From positions 288,734 to 336,733 of the forward strand of contig JBAZRK010000001.1 in the NCBI GenBank assembly GCA_041663005.1: 48,000 nucleotides of DNA, written 5' to 3'. Made by a program: the position numbers and the translations under genes. Shown in pieces: positions 37,982 to 46,424 of this stretch (positions are counted from its first letter, which is position 1; each line of letters begins with the position of its first letter). The stretch comes from Minisyncoccota bacterium. GTDB taxonomy: Bacteria > Patescibacteriota > Minisyncoccia > Phycocordibacterales > UBA9973. The notes below the pieces were generated by a model. That model ran no database searches and was not told where the DNA came from. It saw only the letters and a program-made list of their open reading frames with translations.

Positions 37982-39401
37982 AGCTAAAAAACCTGCCCGA
38001 CTGAATCGTTCAGGCGGGGTCCATCTTATTGGAATTTGCGGCGCGGGGATGTCAGCGCTCGCGGTACTACTTAAAGAATCAGGTTGGCGGGTTAGCGGCT
38101 CAGATGAGGGCGTTTTTGAGCCCATTGTTTCCTATCTTCATAAAAATAAAATATCTTTTCATAAAACCCACCGCCCAGAAAACATACCGGCCGGAACCAA
38201 CCTGGTGGTAGTCGGCAAACACACCGGGCTAGCAGTGGAAGATAACTCCGAAACGCGCGAAGCAATCAAGCGCAAGATTCCAATTAAATCCCTACCGGAA
38301 ATGCTTGCCCTCCTATCGGAGGGCACCGAAAACATCGTGGTCACGGGCAGCTTCGGCAAGTCCACGCTTACTGCCCTGATTACTTGGTGCCTCACAGAGG
38401 CTCGCAAGGATCCTTCGTACTTTATTGGCGCCCTGCCACTCAACCTTAAAAACTCGTCGCACCTAGGAAAAGGAAGAGAATTCGTGCTCGAAGGTGATGA
38501 ATACCCTTCCGCTAATTGGGATAAGTCTTCGAAATTTTTACACTATAAGCCTACCTCGGTCTTGCTTATTTCCGCCGAACACGATCACGTAAATATTTTC
38601 CCCACGGAAAAATCCTACATCACAACCTACAAAAAGCTGGTATCAAAAATTCCTAAACAAGGATTGCTGGTATATTCCTTAAATGGTAAGAACAATAAAG
38701 AAATCGCTAAAGATGCAAGCTCCAAGCATCTCCGCTATAGCGTAGATGATAAAAAGGCAGACTGGTACGCACAAAACATAAAGTATAAAGCTGTTACTAC
38801 TTTTGATTTAATGCGCAAGGGTAAAAAGGTGGCCCGCATAGAGACTATCCTCCTGGGTAAACACAATATAGAGAATATTGTGGGCGCTGGAGCTTTACTT
38901 CTGGAAAATAAAAAGTTGTCCCCTGCCCTTTTCGCCCGCGCTGTTAAAAATTTCAAAGGGATTAGTCGCCGAATAGAACTCAAAAATCCTAAGGGTAAAA
39001 TCCCGGTATATGACGGCTTCGGCTCCTCTTACGAAAAGGCGCGAGCCATCTTCGATGCACTACGCCTGCACTTCCCAGAGAAAAGACTCATCGCCGTTTT
39101 TGAACCTCATGCCTTCTCTTGGCGCAATAAAAAATTCCTTCCTTGGTATAAAAACATTTTCCAAGGGGTAGATGAAGTTATTCTCCTGCCGGCAACTTCA
39201 CGTGGCAAGAAAGGTCCCGGGGAAATCTCAACCGAAGAAATCTGGGCAACTGCAAAAAAACATTTCCCAGTCCACACCGCCAAAGGAGAAAAAGAAGCGT
39301 TAAAAATTCTAAAAGAAATAGTGCGAGATGGCGACGTCATCGCCCTTGTGTCTTCTGGTCCTATGTTTGGGCTAACTGAAAGCGTTCCGAAGCTCTTCTA
39401 G
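37968..39401 (+). CDS. Mpl/MurC-family ligase, closest to murein tripeptide ligase Mpl, with altered motifs
   Basis: VHLIGICGAGMSALA, GSD, VTGSFGKST, LEGDEY, DKSSKFLHYKP, EHDH, RRIE, IAVFEPH. Confidence 0.85.
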   Translation: MKKNKAKKPARLNRSGGVHLIGICGAGMSALAVLLKESGWRVSGSDEGVFEPIVSYLHKNKISFHKTHRPENIPAGTNLVVVGKHTGLAVEDNSETREAIKRKIPIKSLPEMLALLSEGTENIVVTGSFGKSTLTALITWCLTEARKDPSYFIGALPLNLKNSSHLGKGREFVLEGDEYPSANWDKSSKFLHYKPTSVLLISAEHDHVNIFPTEKSYITTYKKLVSKIPKQGLLVYSLNGKNNKEIAKDASSKHLRYSVDDKKADWYAQNIKYKAVTTFDLMRKGKKVARIETILLGKHNIENIVGAGALLLENKKLSPALFARAVKNFKGISRRIELKNPKGKIPVYDGFGSSYEKARAIFDALRLHFPEKRLIAVFEPHAFSWRNKKFLPWYKNIFQGVDEVILLPATSRGKKGPGEISTEEIWATAKKHFPVHTAKGEKEALKILKEIVRDGDVIALVSSGPMFGLTESVPKLF

Positions 39402-40625
39402 GTCGTCGAAATGGCTTTTCACACCCTTGATATCTTGATAAGTCTCGTGCCCCTTCCCGGCCACAAGCAACACATCTCCCTTTTGGGCTAACTTTACTCC
39501 CTCTCTTATTGCTTCGCGACGGTCGAGTATTACCGTAACTTTTTTAAGCTCATCCTGTGTTAGCCCTGTTTTCATATCTTCTATAATTTTCTCTGGGTCT
39601 TCGCTACGAGGATTATCGGTTGTAAATATTGCTATATCAGATTCGGAGGCACCAATTTTCCCCATCTTTGGACGCTTAAGCGAATCTCTGTCACCGCCGC
39701 AGCCAAAAACCGATATGAGTTTGCCATTTTTATCTTTGACCCCTTTCACAGCAGCAATTATCTTTTCTAAAGGATCCGGCGCATGGGCATAATCCACTAC
39801 TACCAGCACTCCATTCGCTGCTGTAAAATGCTCAAATCGGCCCCGCGGCGGCTGGACGTCTTCAAGTATTTTTTTCACCCGTTCCATATCGAATCCAAGG
39901 AGCTTGCAAGTGTTCCACACCGCCAGAATATTGTAGGCGTTAAATTTCCCAAGCAATGTCGAATGTAGAACATCGTTGCCCGCTTTTATTTCCAAACCTT
40001 TAAAGTCTAGCCTGTTAACCTGTCCACCGAAGTCGGCGGGATTTTCAAATCCGTAGAAATATTTATGAGCTTTAATATCTTCGAGCATACGCTTGCCGTA
40101 AAGGTCATCCGCGTTCGAAAGCGCGAATGCGTGTGATGACAACGAATGGAAAAACTTTTTCTTTGCTTCAAAATAATTTTCGAAGGTTTTGTGATAATCC
40201 AAGTGGTCGTGGGTAAGGTTTGTGAAAACCCCACCAAAGAATGTGAGACCTGCTATCCTACCTTGGTCGATACCTTGAGATGAGACTTCCATAAAAACCC
40301 ACTCGCATCCCTGCCCCACCATTTTATTGAGAAGCCTATTGAGCTCGGAGGGTTCCGGAGTAGTAAAGCTTGTAGGAATTCGCTCACCATTTATGATGTT
40401 CTCAACTGTACCGATAAGTCCGGCCTTGTAGCCTAGGGCAATAGCAATTCTGTACAAGAGAGTCGTGGTCGTGGTCTTACCTTTCGTACCGGTGACGCCC
40501 ACAATCTTGAGTTCAGAGGAAGGATTGCCGAAAAAATGCCAGATTGCGAGCTTGGTGCGAATTTTTTGCCTTAGCCGAAGCTTCTTAAGATAAATTTTAA
40601 ATTCTACGAGCCAATCAAGTAACAT
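39372..40625 (-). CDS. murE: UDP-N-acetylmuramoyl-dipeptide--meso-diaminopimelate ligase, N-terminally shortened
   Basis: GVTGTKGKTTT, MEVSSQG, NLTHDHLDYH, VVVDYAH, TDNPR (DAP-type), AGKGHE. Confidence 0.95.
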   Translation of the reverse strand: MLLDWLVEFKIYLKKLRLRQKIRTKLAIWHFFGNPSSELKIVGVTGTKGKTTTTTLLYRIAIALGYKAGLIGTVENIINGERIPTSFTTPEPSELNRLLNKMVGQGCEWVFMEVSSQGIDQGRIAGLTFFGGVFTNLTHDHLDYHKTFENYFEAKKKFFHSLSSHAFALSNADDLYGKRMLEDIKAHKYFYGFENPADFGGQVNRLDFKGLEIKAGNDVLHSTLLGKFNAYNILAVWNTCKLLGFDMERVKKILEDVQPPRGRFEHFTAANGVLVVVDYAHAPDPLEKIIAAVKGVKDKNGKLISVFGCGGDRDSLKRPKMGKIGASESDIAIFTTDNPRSEDPEKIIEDMKTGLTQDELKKVTVILDRREAIREGVKLAQKGDVLLVAGKGHETYQDIKGVKSHFDDLEELRNAFS

Positions 40626-40656
40626 TTTCTATTTAAATTAATCTGGTAAACCTTTC

Positions 40657-41283
40657 TTACTTCTTGCGTGTGTTCCAGTTTTGGTCTTTTATGTTTCGGT
40701 CGACAAACCATGGGTCACGGGAATTTGACCACCAGCTATCAGGCTCGGTAGTGGTTAAAATTATCCCGAGCTTCTTGCCCGGCAAAGTCTTCAATCGTTT
40801 CAGGGCCACCTTGATCCAACCTTTCGCTTTGATGTTGCCCTTTGTTTCTTCGGCCCGTAAGGACGATATCCATTCCAGTATATCAGCATCTTTGACTAAT
40901 TTCGCCTCGAGCGTTTTACGTTCTCTTTCTTCCTCAAAAAATCCCAAAATTTCTCGTCCGAAAGGGACACTTTGCGACATATCTTCTACCGCTCGCGCTT
41001 CCGCCAACCTGCCGTAACGTTGATGCACATAGTTGTGGTCCGAGGTGCGACCTTCGCCAATATCGTGGAAGAGTGCCATTAGCACTGCTTTATTTTTGTC
41101 AGCCTTGGGTTCCAGGTAGCACAGCGCGTACGTTATCATAGCCGTATGGAATAGGTGTTCGGCGACAGACTGATTGCCACTGCCTAAGAACCAAAATCCC
41201 GAGCGCGGAGTCTGGCTGTGTATTCCTGTTTCGTACACAAAGTTGGCTATCTGGTCGTAAATTTTCTTATTTGGCTTTTTCAT
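40657..41283 (-). CDS. HD-domain phosphohydrolase (YfbR/HDDC2-like)
   Basis: QSVAEH, LFHDIGE..D, VKDAD. Confidence 0.88.
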   Translation of the reverse strand: MKKPNKKIYDQIANFVYETGIHSQTPRSGFWFLGSGNQSVAEHLFHTAMITYALCYLEPKADKNKAVLMALFHDIGEGRTSDHNYVHQRYGRLAEARAVEDMSQSVPFGREILGFFEEERERKTLEAKLVKDADILEWISSLRAEETKGNIKAKGWIKVALKRLKTLPGKKLGIILTTTEPDSWWSNSRDPWFVDRNIKDQNWNTRKK

Positions 41284-41287
41284 AGAT

Positions 41288-41878
41288 TTATCTTAAGGCT
41301 TCATTTACTATTCTCTCTAATTCGGACTCGTTTGTAAACACGAAGGATTTAATGCCTATAGATTCAGCTGCTTTTGCATTCTTTTCTTGGTCGTCGAAAT
41401 ACAAGCACTCCGGAGGAGTGAGGTTATGCTCTTTCAAAATATGCTGCCAGGCACGCACGTCAGGCTTGATGAATCCCGTTTGCCAAGAATAATAGACCTT
41501 GTCGACTGCCTCCTCGATGAGCTTGTATCGGTTATTGTGAAAAATGCGTTCTCGGAAATTGTTGGACAGGATAAAAACCTTGATACCTCGGCTCCGAAGC
41601 TCTGCTGTGTAAGTAAACATCCGTTCAGAAATTTCTTCTCCCTCAAACCAATAGTTCCAAAAGTCGTTCTCGGTAAAATTAATTTTCAAATCTTTAAGAA
41701 AAGGGCCCAAGTGCCGCCAAGCGGGACCAGCATCCGGCTGCCTCATCTTATGCATAGCTTCGCGCAATTTCGACTTAAATATTTCACCTTCTACACCGAA
41801 ATCCTTTTCTACTCGCTCGCTAAGTTTAGGCGATTGTAAGAATATTCCGTTTAAATCCAAAATTACCGCTTTAATCAT
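41288..41878 (-). CDS. HAD-superfamily phosphatase (YihX-like)
   Basis: ILDLNGI, ILSNN, KPD, LYFDD..N..AA. Confidence 0.85.
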   Translation of the reverse strand: MIKAVILDLNGIFLQSPKLSERVEKDFGVEGEIFKSKLREAMHKMRQPDAGPAWRHLGPFLKDLKINFTENDFWNYWFEGEEISERMFTYTAELRSRGIKVFILSNNFRERIFHNNRYKLIEEAVDKVYYSWQTGFIKPDVRAWQHILKEHNLTPPECLYFDDQEKNAKAAESIGIKSFVFTNESELERIVNEALR

Positions 41879-41879
41879 T

Positions 41880-42497
41880 TTATTTCTTGGCGAAAATTGA
41901 AATCCATTTAACGCCGGGACGTTTTAAATCATCGGCTAAAAACGTAGACTTAATAATTTTAAAACCTGATTTTTTCAAAAGATGCTCTAACTCTTGCTTT
42001 TTATAATAGCTATAAAATCTAGCATCATTCGTAAACGGTTTTTCTTTTACCAATTTTTCTCCCTGCCCGTACTTAAAGGAGGCGTAGAATATGCCACGGT
42101 CGGAGAGCGTTTCATAAATATTTTTCAGAGCTTTCGGTAAATCTTTTTTAGTTAAATGAATCAAGACAGCGTCAGCCCAAACTCCATCAAAATAATTTTT
42201 AGGGAATTTTAGCTCTAGCACATCCATCTTAAAAAACTTCCCCTTAGGCGCTTCTTTTTTTGCTATTTTTAAAAGAGCGTTGGACACGTCAATTCCTACT
42301 GCAGTAAAACCCTTTTCGTTAAAAATCTTCATATCTCGACCACCAGCGCAACCTACATCGAGAATTCTTGAATTTTTCTTCAGGCGTTTAATAAAACTTG
42401 TCATTGCTTTCGGCGAAGCATTGGCAACTGCATTAGAATATTTTTGCCCGAGTTTGTTATAAGTCTTAACTGTGGCTTGGTAATTCTTATTGTCCAT
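41880..42497 (-). CDS. Class I SAM-dependent methyltransferase
   Basis: ILDVGCAGGRD, GIDVS, FDGVWADAVLIH. Start placed at MDNKNY (42497). Confidence 0.88.
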   Translation of the reverse strand: MDNKNYQATVKTYNKLGQKYSNAVANASPKAMTSFIKRLKKNSRILDVGCAGGRDMKIFNEKGFTAVGIDVSNALLKIAKKEAPKGKFFKMDVLELKFPKNYFDGVWADAVLIHLTKKDLPKALKNIYETLSDRGIFYASFKYGQGEKLVKEKPFTNDARFYSYYKKQELEHLLKKSGFKIIKSTFLADDLKRPGVKWISIFAKK

Positions 42498-44967
42498 GAC
42501 ACTTTTTGTATTTTTTGCCACTTCCACAAGGACAAGGGTTATTTCTTCCTACGGCGTCTTCTTTTTTAGCCGTAGAATCTTTCTGTCCTCCCATTTCTGA
42601 CGGTTCTGTATGGCTCGTAATTAAGGTCTGCTTCGGACCCGCTTCTTCTTTTTTAATAGCAGATGCGGCTTCGGTGTTTATGGAACTCACCATAGAAGCT
42701 ACTTGCTCCTTGAATACTGCTTCCATTTCTTTAAACATCTGTAATCCTTCTTTCTTGTACTCTACAATAGGCTCACGCTGGCCATAGGCGCGCAAGTTTA
42801 CCGAAGAGCGCAGGTAGTCCATCGCTTCCAGGTGTTCCATCCAGAGATTGTCGGTAGAATACAGTGCTATGCGGCGAACAGTTTCGAAAAATACCGCTTC
42901 TCCCAATTTTTCTTTCTTTTCTTCTATTGTTTTCTCTAGGCCATCCCTGTCAGCGGCAACATCTTTCAATAATTCTTCGACTCTTTCCTTGTCGGCTCGG
43001 AGCATTTTCTGACGTCTCTCGTAAATAATCTTTCGCTGGTGATTCATCACGTCGTCATACTCGAGGGTATGCTTACGCGCGTCGAAATGAAAGCCTTCAA
43101 TTTTTGCTTGAGCGCCCTCGAGCGTTCGGGAAATAAAGCGATTTTCGATAGGTTGGTCTTCCGGAATACCAAACTTCCCCATCATATTTTTAATCCTCTC
43201 GGCTCCGAATATACGCATTAAATCGTCTTCGAGAGACACGTAGAACTGAGTTGCACCCGGGTCCCCTTGTCTACCTGAGCGTCCTCGTAGCTGGTTGTCG
43301 ATACGTCTAGCTTCGTGCCTCTCAGTACCGAGCACGAACAAACCGCCCGCCTCTTTTACAAACTGATATTCTTCATCAGTGTGCGGATTACCGCCGAGCT
43401 TAATGTCGATTCCGCGTCCGGCCATGTTGGTGGCGATTGTTACCGCACCGCGCTTTCCCGCCTGGGCGATAATTTCACCTTCCTTCTCGTGATTCTTGGC
43501 GTTCAGTATTGTATGCTGCACACCTTCTTGTCGCAGATACACAGAGAGAAGCTCGTTTTTCTCGATGGAAATTGTACCTATGAGCACTGGCTGGCCCTTC
43601 TCGTTTAGTTCTTTAATTTTTTTCGCTATAGCTTGGAGCTTCCCCTTCTCTGTCTGGAAAATAAGGTCGTTGTGGTCGATACGAACAACTGGTTTGTTGG
43701 TCGGAATCACAATTACATCAAGTCCGTAGACTTTCAGGAATTCTTCCGCTGAGGTTGCCGCGGTTCCGGTCATTCCCGAAAGCTTTTTATAGAATCTGAA
43801 ATAGTTCTGGAAAGTAATCGAGCCCGAAGAGCGAGTTTCTTTTTCAATTTTCACTCCTTCTTTAGCCTCAATCGCCTGGTGAATGCCCTCTGACCAGCGC
43901 CTGCCTGGCTGAAGTCTGCCGGTAAAGGGATCCACAATTATAACTTCCCCTTCTTTCACTACGTAATCCTTATCTTTTTCGAAAATTGCCTGAGCTTTTA
44001 CAGCAGTTTCCAGGTGGTGTACATATTTAATACCCTTTTCTGTATAAATGTTGTCGATACCGAGCAATTGTTCAGCTTTCGAGATGCCGACGTCCGTCAG
44101 GCTGATAGCTCGCATTTTCTCATCGACGATATAGTCCGTCTCACGTTTCAATTGTTTCGCAATCTGAGAAAATTTCACGTAAAAATCTTCGGAGTCTCCG
44201 GACTGGGAAGAGATAATTAACGGTGTTCTGGCCTCGTCAATTAAAATAGAGTCAACTTCGTCTACAATCGCGAAATGGTGCTCACGTTGAACCATATTTT
44301 CCACTTGAGTAACCAGGTTGTCGCGCAAGTAATCGAATCCGAATTCGTTGTTGGTTCCGTACGTTACATCAGCCAGGTAAGCTTCTTTCCTGCTGCATGG
44401 TTTCAAAAAATCGTAAACAATTTTAAATTCACCGACTTGGTCGCGTTCTTTGTCTTCTTCGGTGTGTTTGGCATCGTATAGATAAGAAACGTTTTGCGAA
44501 TTAATTACACCTACAGAAAGTCCGAGAAAATTATAAACTTGCCCCATCAGCACGGCGCCAATACGTGAAAGGTAATCGTTCACAGTAACTATGTGCACTC
44601 CGTGACCCGACAAAGCGTTCAGATATGCGGGCAAAACTCCCACTAATGTTTTACCCTCCCCTGTTCTCATCTCGGCGATTTTGCCGAAGTGAAGTGCGAG
44701 ACCCCCCACTAGCTGCACATCATAATGACGCTCGCCGAGGTTCCGTTTAGCGGCCTCGCGGACCAGTGCATATGCTTCAGGTAAAATAGAGTCCAAGTCC
44801 TCGCCCTTGGCAAGTCTATCCTTGAATTCTAACGTCTTTTTAGGGAAATCAGTATCTTCCAAAGCTGCCATTTCAGCCTCCAGGGCGTTAATTTTAGCGA
44901 CTAAGGGCTTGGTTTTAGCTATAAATCGGGAGCTTTCGTCACCGAAGATTTTATTGAAAATTGCCAT
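42487..44967 (-). CDS. secA: Preprotein translocase subunit SecA
   Basis: AEMRTGEGKT, IVDEVDSILIDEARTPL, ATNMAGRG, QLRGRSGRQGDPG, C-terminal CPCGSGKKYKKCHG. Confidence 0.99.
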   Translation of the reverse strand: MAIFNKIFGDESSRFIAKTKPLVAKINALEAEMAALEDTDFPKKTLEFKDRLAKGEDLDSILPEAYALVREAAKRNLGERHYDVQLVGGLALHFGKIAEMRTGEGKTLVGVLPAYLNALSGHGVHIVTVNDYLSRIGAVLMGQVYNFLGLSVGVINSQNVSYLYDAKHTEEDKERDQVGEFKIVYDFLKPCSRKEAYLADVTYGTNNEFGFDYLRDNLVTQVENMVQREHHFAIVDEVDSILIDEARTPLIISSQSGDSEDFYVKFSQIAKQLKRETDYIVDEKMRAISLTDVGISKAEQLLGIDNIYTEKGIKYVHHLETAVKAQAIFEKDKDYVVKEGEVIIVDPFTGRLQPGRRWSEGIHQAIEAKEGVKIEKETRSSGSITFQNYFRFYKKLSGMTGTAATSAEEFLKVYGLDVIVIPTNKPVVRIDHNDLIFQTEKGKLQAIAKKIKELNEKGQPVLIGTISIEKNELLSVYLRQEGVQHTILNAKNHEKEGEIIAQAGKRGAVTIATNMAGRGIDIKLGGNPHTDEEYQFVKEAGGLFVLGTERHEARRIDNQLRGRSGRQGDPGATQFYVSLEDDLMRIFGAERIKNMMGKFGIPEDQPIENRFISRTLEGAQAKIEGFHFDARKHTLEYDDVMNHQRKIIYERRQKMLRADKERVEELLKDVAADRDGLEKTIEEKKEKLGEAVFFETVRRIALYSTDNLWMEHLEAMDYLRSSVNLRAYGQREPIVEYKKEGLQMFKEMEAVFKEQVASMVSSINTEAASAIKKEEAGPKQTLITSHTEPSEMGGQKDSTAKKEDAVGRNNPCPCGSGKKYKKCHGQ

Positions 44968-44990
44968 AAATTACATCTTAGCATAAAAAC

Positions 44991-45020
44991 AAAAAAATTC
45001 CTCGGCTGAGGAATTTTTTT
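44991..45020. terminator. Intrinsic terminator
   Basis: AAAAAAATTCCTC-GGCT-GAGGAATTTTTTT downstream of the Lys-rich ORF. Confidence 0.8.
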
Positions 45021-45039
45021 GTGAAGTGAGAAACTGGAA

Positions 45040-45117
45040 CTATGCTCGCTTCTTTTTTGAAGCCTTCTTCTTTCCAGCTTTCTTTACTGCCTTCTTTGCT
45101 TTCTTTTTTGCTGCCAT
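45040..45117 (-). CDS. 25-aa Lys/Ala-rich basic microprotein MAAKKKAKKAVKKAGKKKASKKKRA
   Basis: Hand-translated ATG..TAG; terminator downstream, promoter-like TTGTCT-17-GATAAT upstream; below the ORF-track size cut-off. Confidence 0.75.
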   Translation of the reverse strand: MAAKKKAKKAVKKAGKKKASKKKRA

Positions 45118-45307
45118 TTTTTTTGTCGCTTGCGCGAAAATTATTTTTAATTTAGTTTGCAATAAAACGACCAAATATTTATTGCATCGAACTACTTATA
45201 ATTATCTCGCATATCACAATCAAAGACAATGCTTTTGCAATAAAATCTGTGGATAACTCCGACGCTCGTGAAACGAAGTCGGAGTCCGACTTTTTACGTC
45301 GAACTTT

Positions 45308-45350
45308 CCAAAATAAAAAATCGCAAAATTTTTGCGATTTTTTATTTTGG
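45308..45350. repeat. Perfect 43-bp palindrome
   Basis: CCAAAATAAAAAATCGCAAAA-T-TTTTGCGATTTTTTATTTTGG, 21-bp arms. Confidence 0.95.
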
Positions 45351-45461
45351 GATTATTTTCATTTGAAGCGGGTGATGGCGAAACTCCAACATATGTGCCT
45401 ATGTGAGTGCGACCACCCGCTACAGATAAAAACAATTTATAAACAAATCATATCATGTTTA

Positions 45462-45480
45462 CACTGAGCTTGTCGAAGTG
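45462..45480. repeat. REP-like element, family C, abutting the tRNA-Pro 3' end
   Basis: CACTGAGCTTGTCGAAGTG; a variant is at 35771-35788. Confidence 0.6.
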
Positions 45481-45551
45481 TCGGGCCGCTGGGAATCGAA
45501 CCCAGTCTACACGAACCCGAATCGTGTGTACTACCGGTATACTACGGCCCG
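45481..45551 (-). tRNA. tRNA-Pro(CGG)
   Basis: CGGGCCG/CGGCCCG acceptor, CACGA-TTCGGGT-TCGTG, GGTTCGATTCC; no encoded CCA. Confidence 0.93.
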
Positions 45552-45555
45552 CTGT

Positions 45556-45583
45556 GTCCTCCGAAGCTTTAGCGAAGGAGGAT
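45556..45583. repeat. REP-like hairpin, family A copy 2
   Basis: GTCCTCCGAAGCTTTAGCGAAGGAGGAT. Confidence 0.7.
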
Positions 45584-45588
45584 TATGT

Positions 45589-46251
45589 TTATTTTACAAA
45601 GGATTTCCTGTGAACCACGCTTGCTCCGAACTTCTTTATTGCTCGCTTATGCTCGGGAGTATTATAACCTTTATGCCTCTTAAATCCATACTCTGGAAAC
45701 TTCAAATCGAGCTCCCGCATAATAGCATCTCTCTTAACTTTCGCAATAATTGACGCAGCAGAGACAGAAAGGCAGTGTGAGTCACCTGCAACAATGCTCA
45801 TTTGTTCTAATTTTATTCCACCAATTTTTAAGTTCGGAATTGTAAACCTACCGTCCACTAGAACTCGTATCGTACTCCCCCTCTTCACTTTTTTTATTTT
45901 TTTAACCAAATTAAGCACCGCCATCTGCATCGCCTTGAGGCTCGCATTGTGAATATTCAATTTATCAATCTCGTCCTGCCAGACAATTCCCACGCCGTAC
46001 GCAAGTGAATTATCTAAAATTTTTGCCGATAAAATTTCCCGCTCGGCTTCGGGGATTGTTTTAGAATCACGCACTCGAGCATACCATTTATCGCCACTTC
46101 TTGTTTTACTGACACTTAGAGGATTAAGAATACAAGCCGCCGCAACAACCGGGCCCGCAGACGGACCCCTCCCCACTTCGTCGCACCCAACGACAAACGT
46201 GCAACCTTCACGTATGTATTTCAATTCGTTTTTAAAATCAGGGAAAAGCAT
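45589..46251 (-). CDS. rnhB: Ribonuclease HII
   Basis: VGCDEVGRG..AGPVVAAA, VRDSK, VLVDG, GDS..SVSAASIIAKV.RD, HKGY.T..H. Start at MLFPDF because the longer ORF runs through tRNAs. Confidence 0.95.
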   Translation of the reverse strand: MLFPDFKNELKYIREGCTFVVGCDEVGRGPSAGPVVAAACILNPLSVSKTRSGDKWYARVRDSKTIPEAEREILSAKILDNSLAYGVGIVWQDEIDKLNIHNASLKAMQMAVLNLVKKIKKVKRGSTIRVLVDGRFTIPNLKIGGIKLEQMSIVAGDSHCLSVSAASIIAKVKRDAIMRELDLKFPEYGFKRHKGYNTPEHKRAIKKFGASVVHRKSFVK

Positions 46252-46258
46252 AATTTTG

Positions 46259-46340
46259 TGGGCATGAGAGGATTTGAACCTCCAAGGATCGCTCCATACG
46301 ATTCTGAATCGTACGCGTATACCAATTCCGCCACATGCCC
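46259..46340 (-). tRNA. tRNA-Leu(CAG)
   Basis: GGGCATG/CATGCCC acceptor, TACGA-TTCAGAA-TCGTA. Confidence 0.95.
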
Positions 46341-46348
46341 TTTTATTT

Positions 46349-46422
46349 TGGTGGACCTGGGGGGAATCGCACCCCCGACTCGTCCATGCCATGGACGCGT
46401 GTTACTACTATACTACAGGCCC
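46349..46422 (-). tRNA. tRNA-Ala(GGC)
   Basis: G3:U70 identity pair, CGTCC-ATGGCAT-GGACG, encoded CCA. Confidence 0.95.
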
Positions 46423-46424
46423 TA

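Noticed and set aside
45026-45467. ORFs 45026-45256, 45220-45435 and 45249-45467
   Set aside because: Antisense to the Lys-rich gene or spanning palindromic repeats; no coding features.
46252-46392. N-terminal extension of RNase HII in the ORF track
   Set aside because: It reads through tRNA-Ala and tRNA-Leu genes; homology begins at MLFPDF (46251).
46349-46422. tmRNA end (GGG..G:U..TCCACCA)
   Set aside because: It is a complete 74-nt cloverleaf with a GGC anticodon, i.e. tRNA-Ala.
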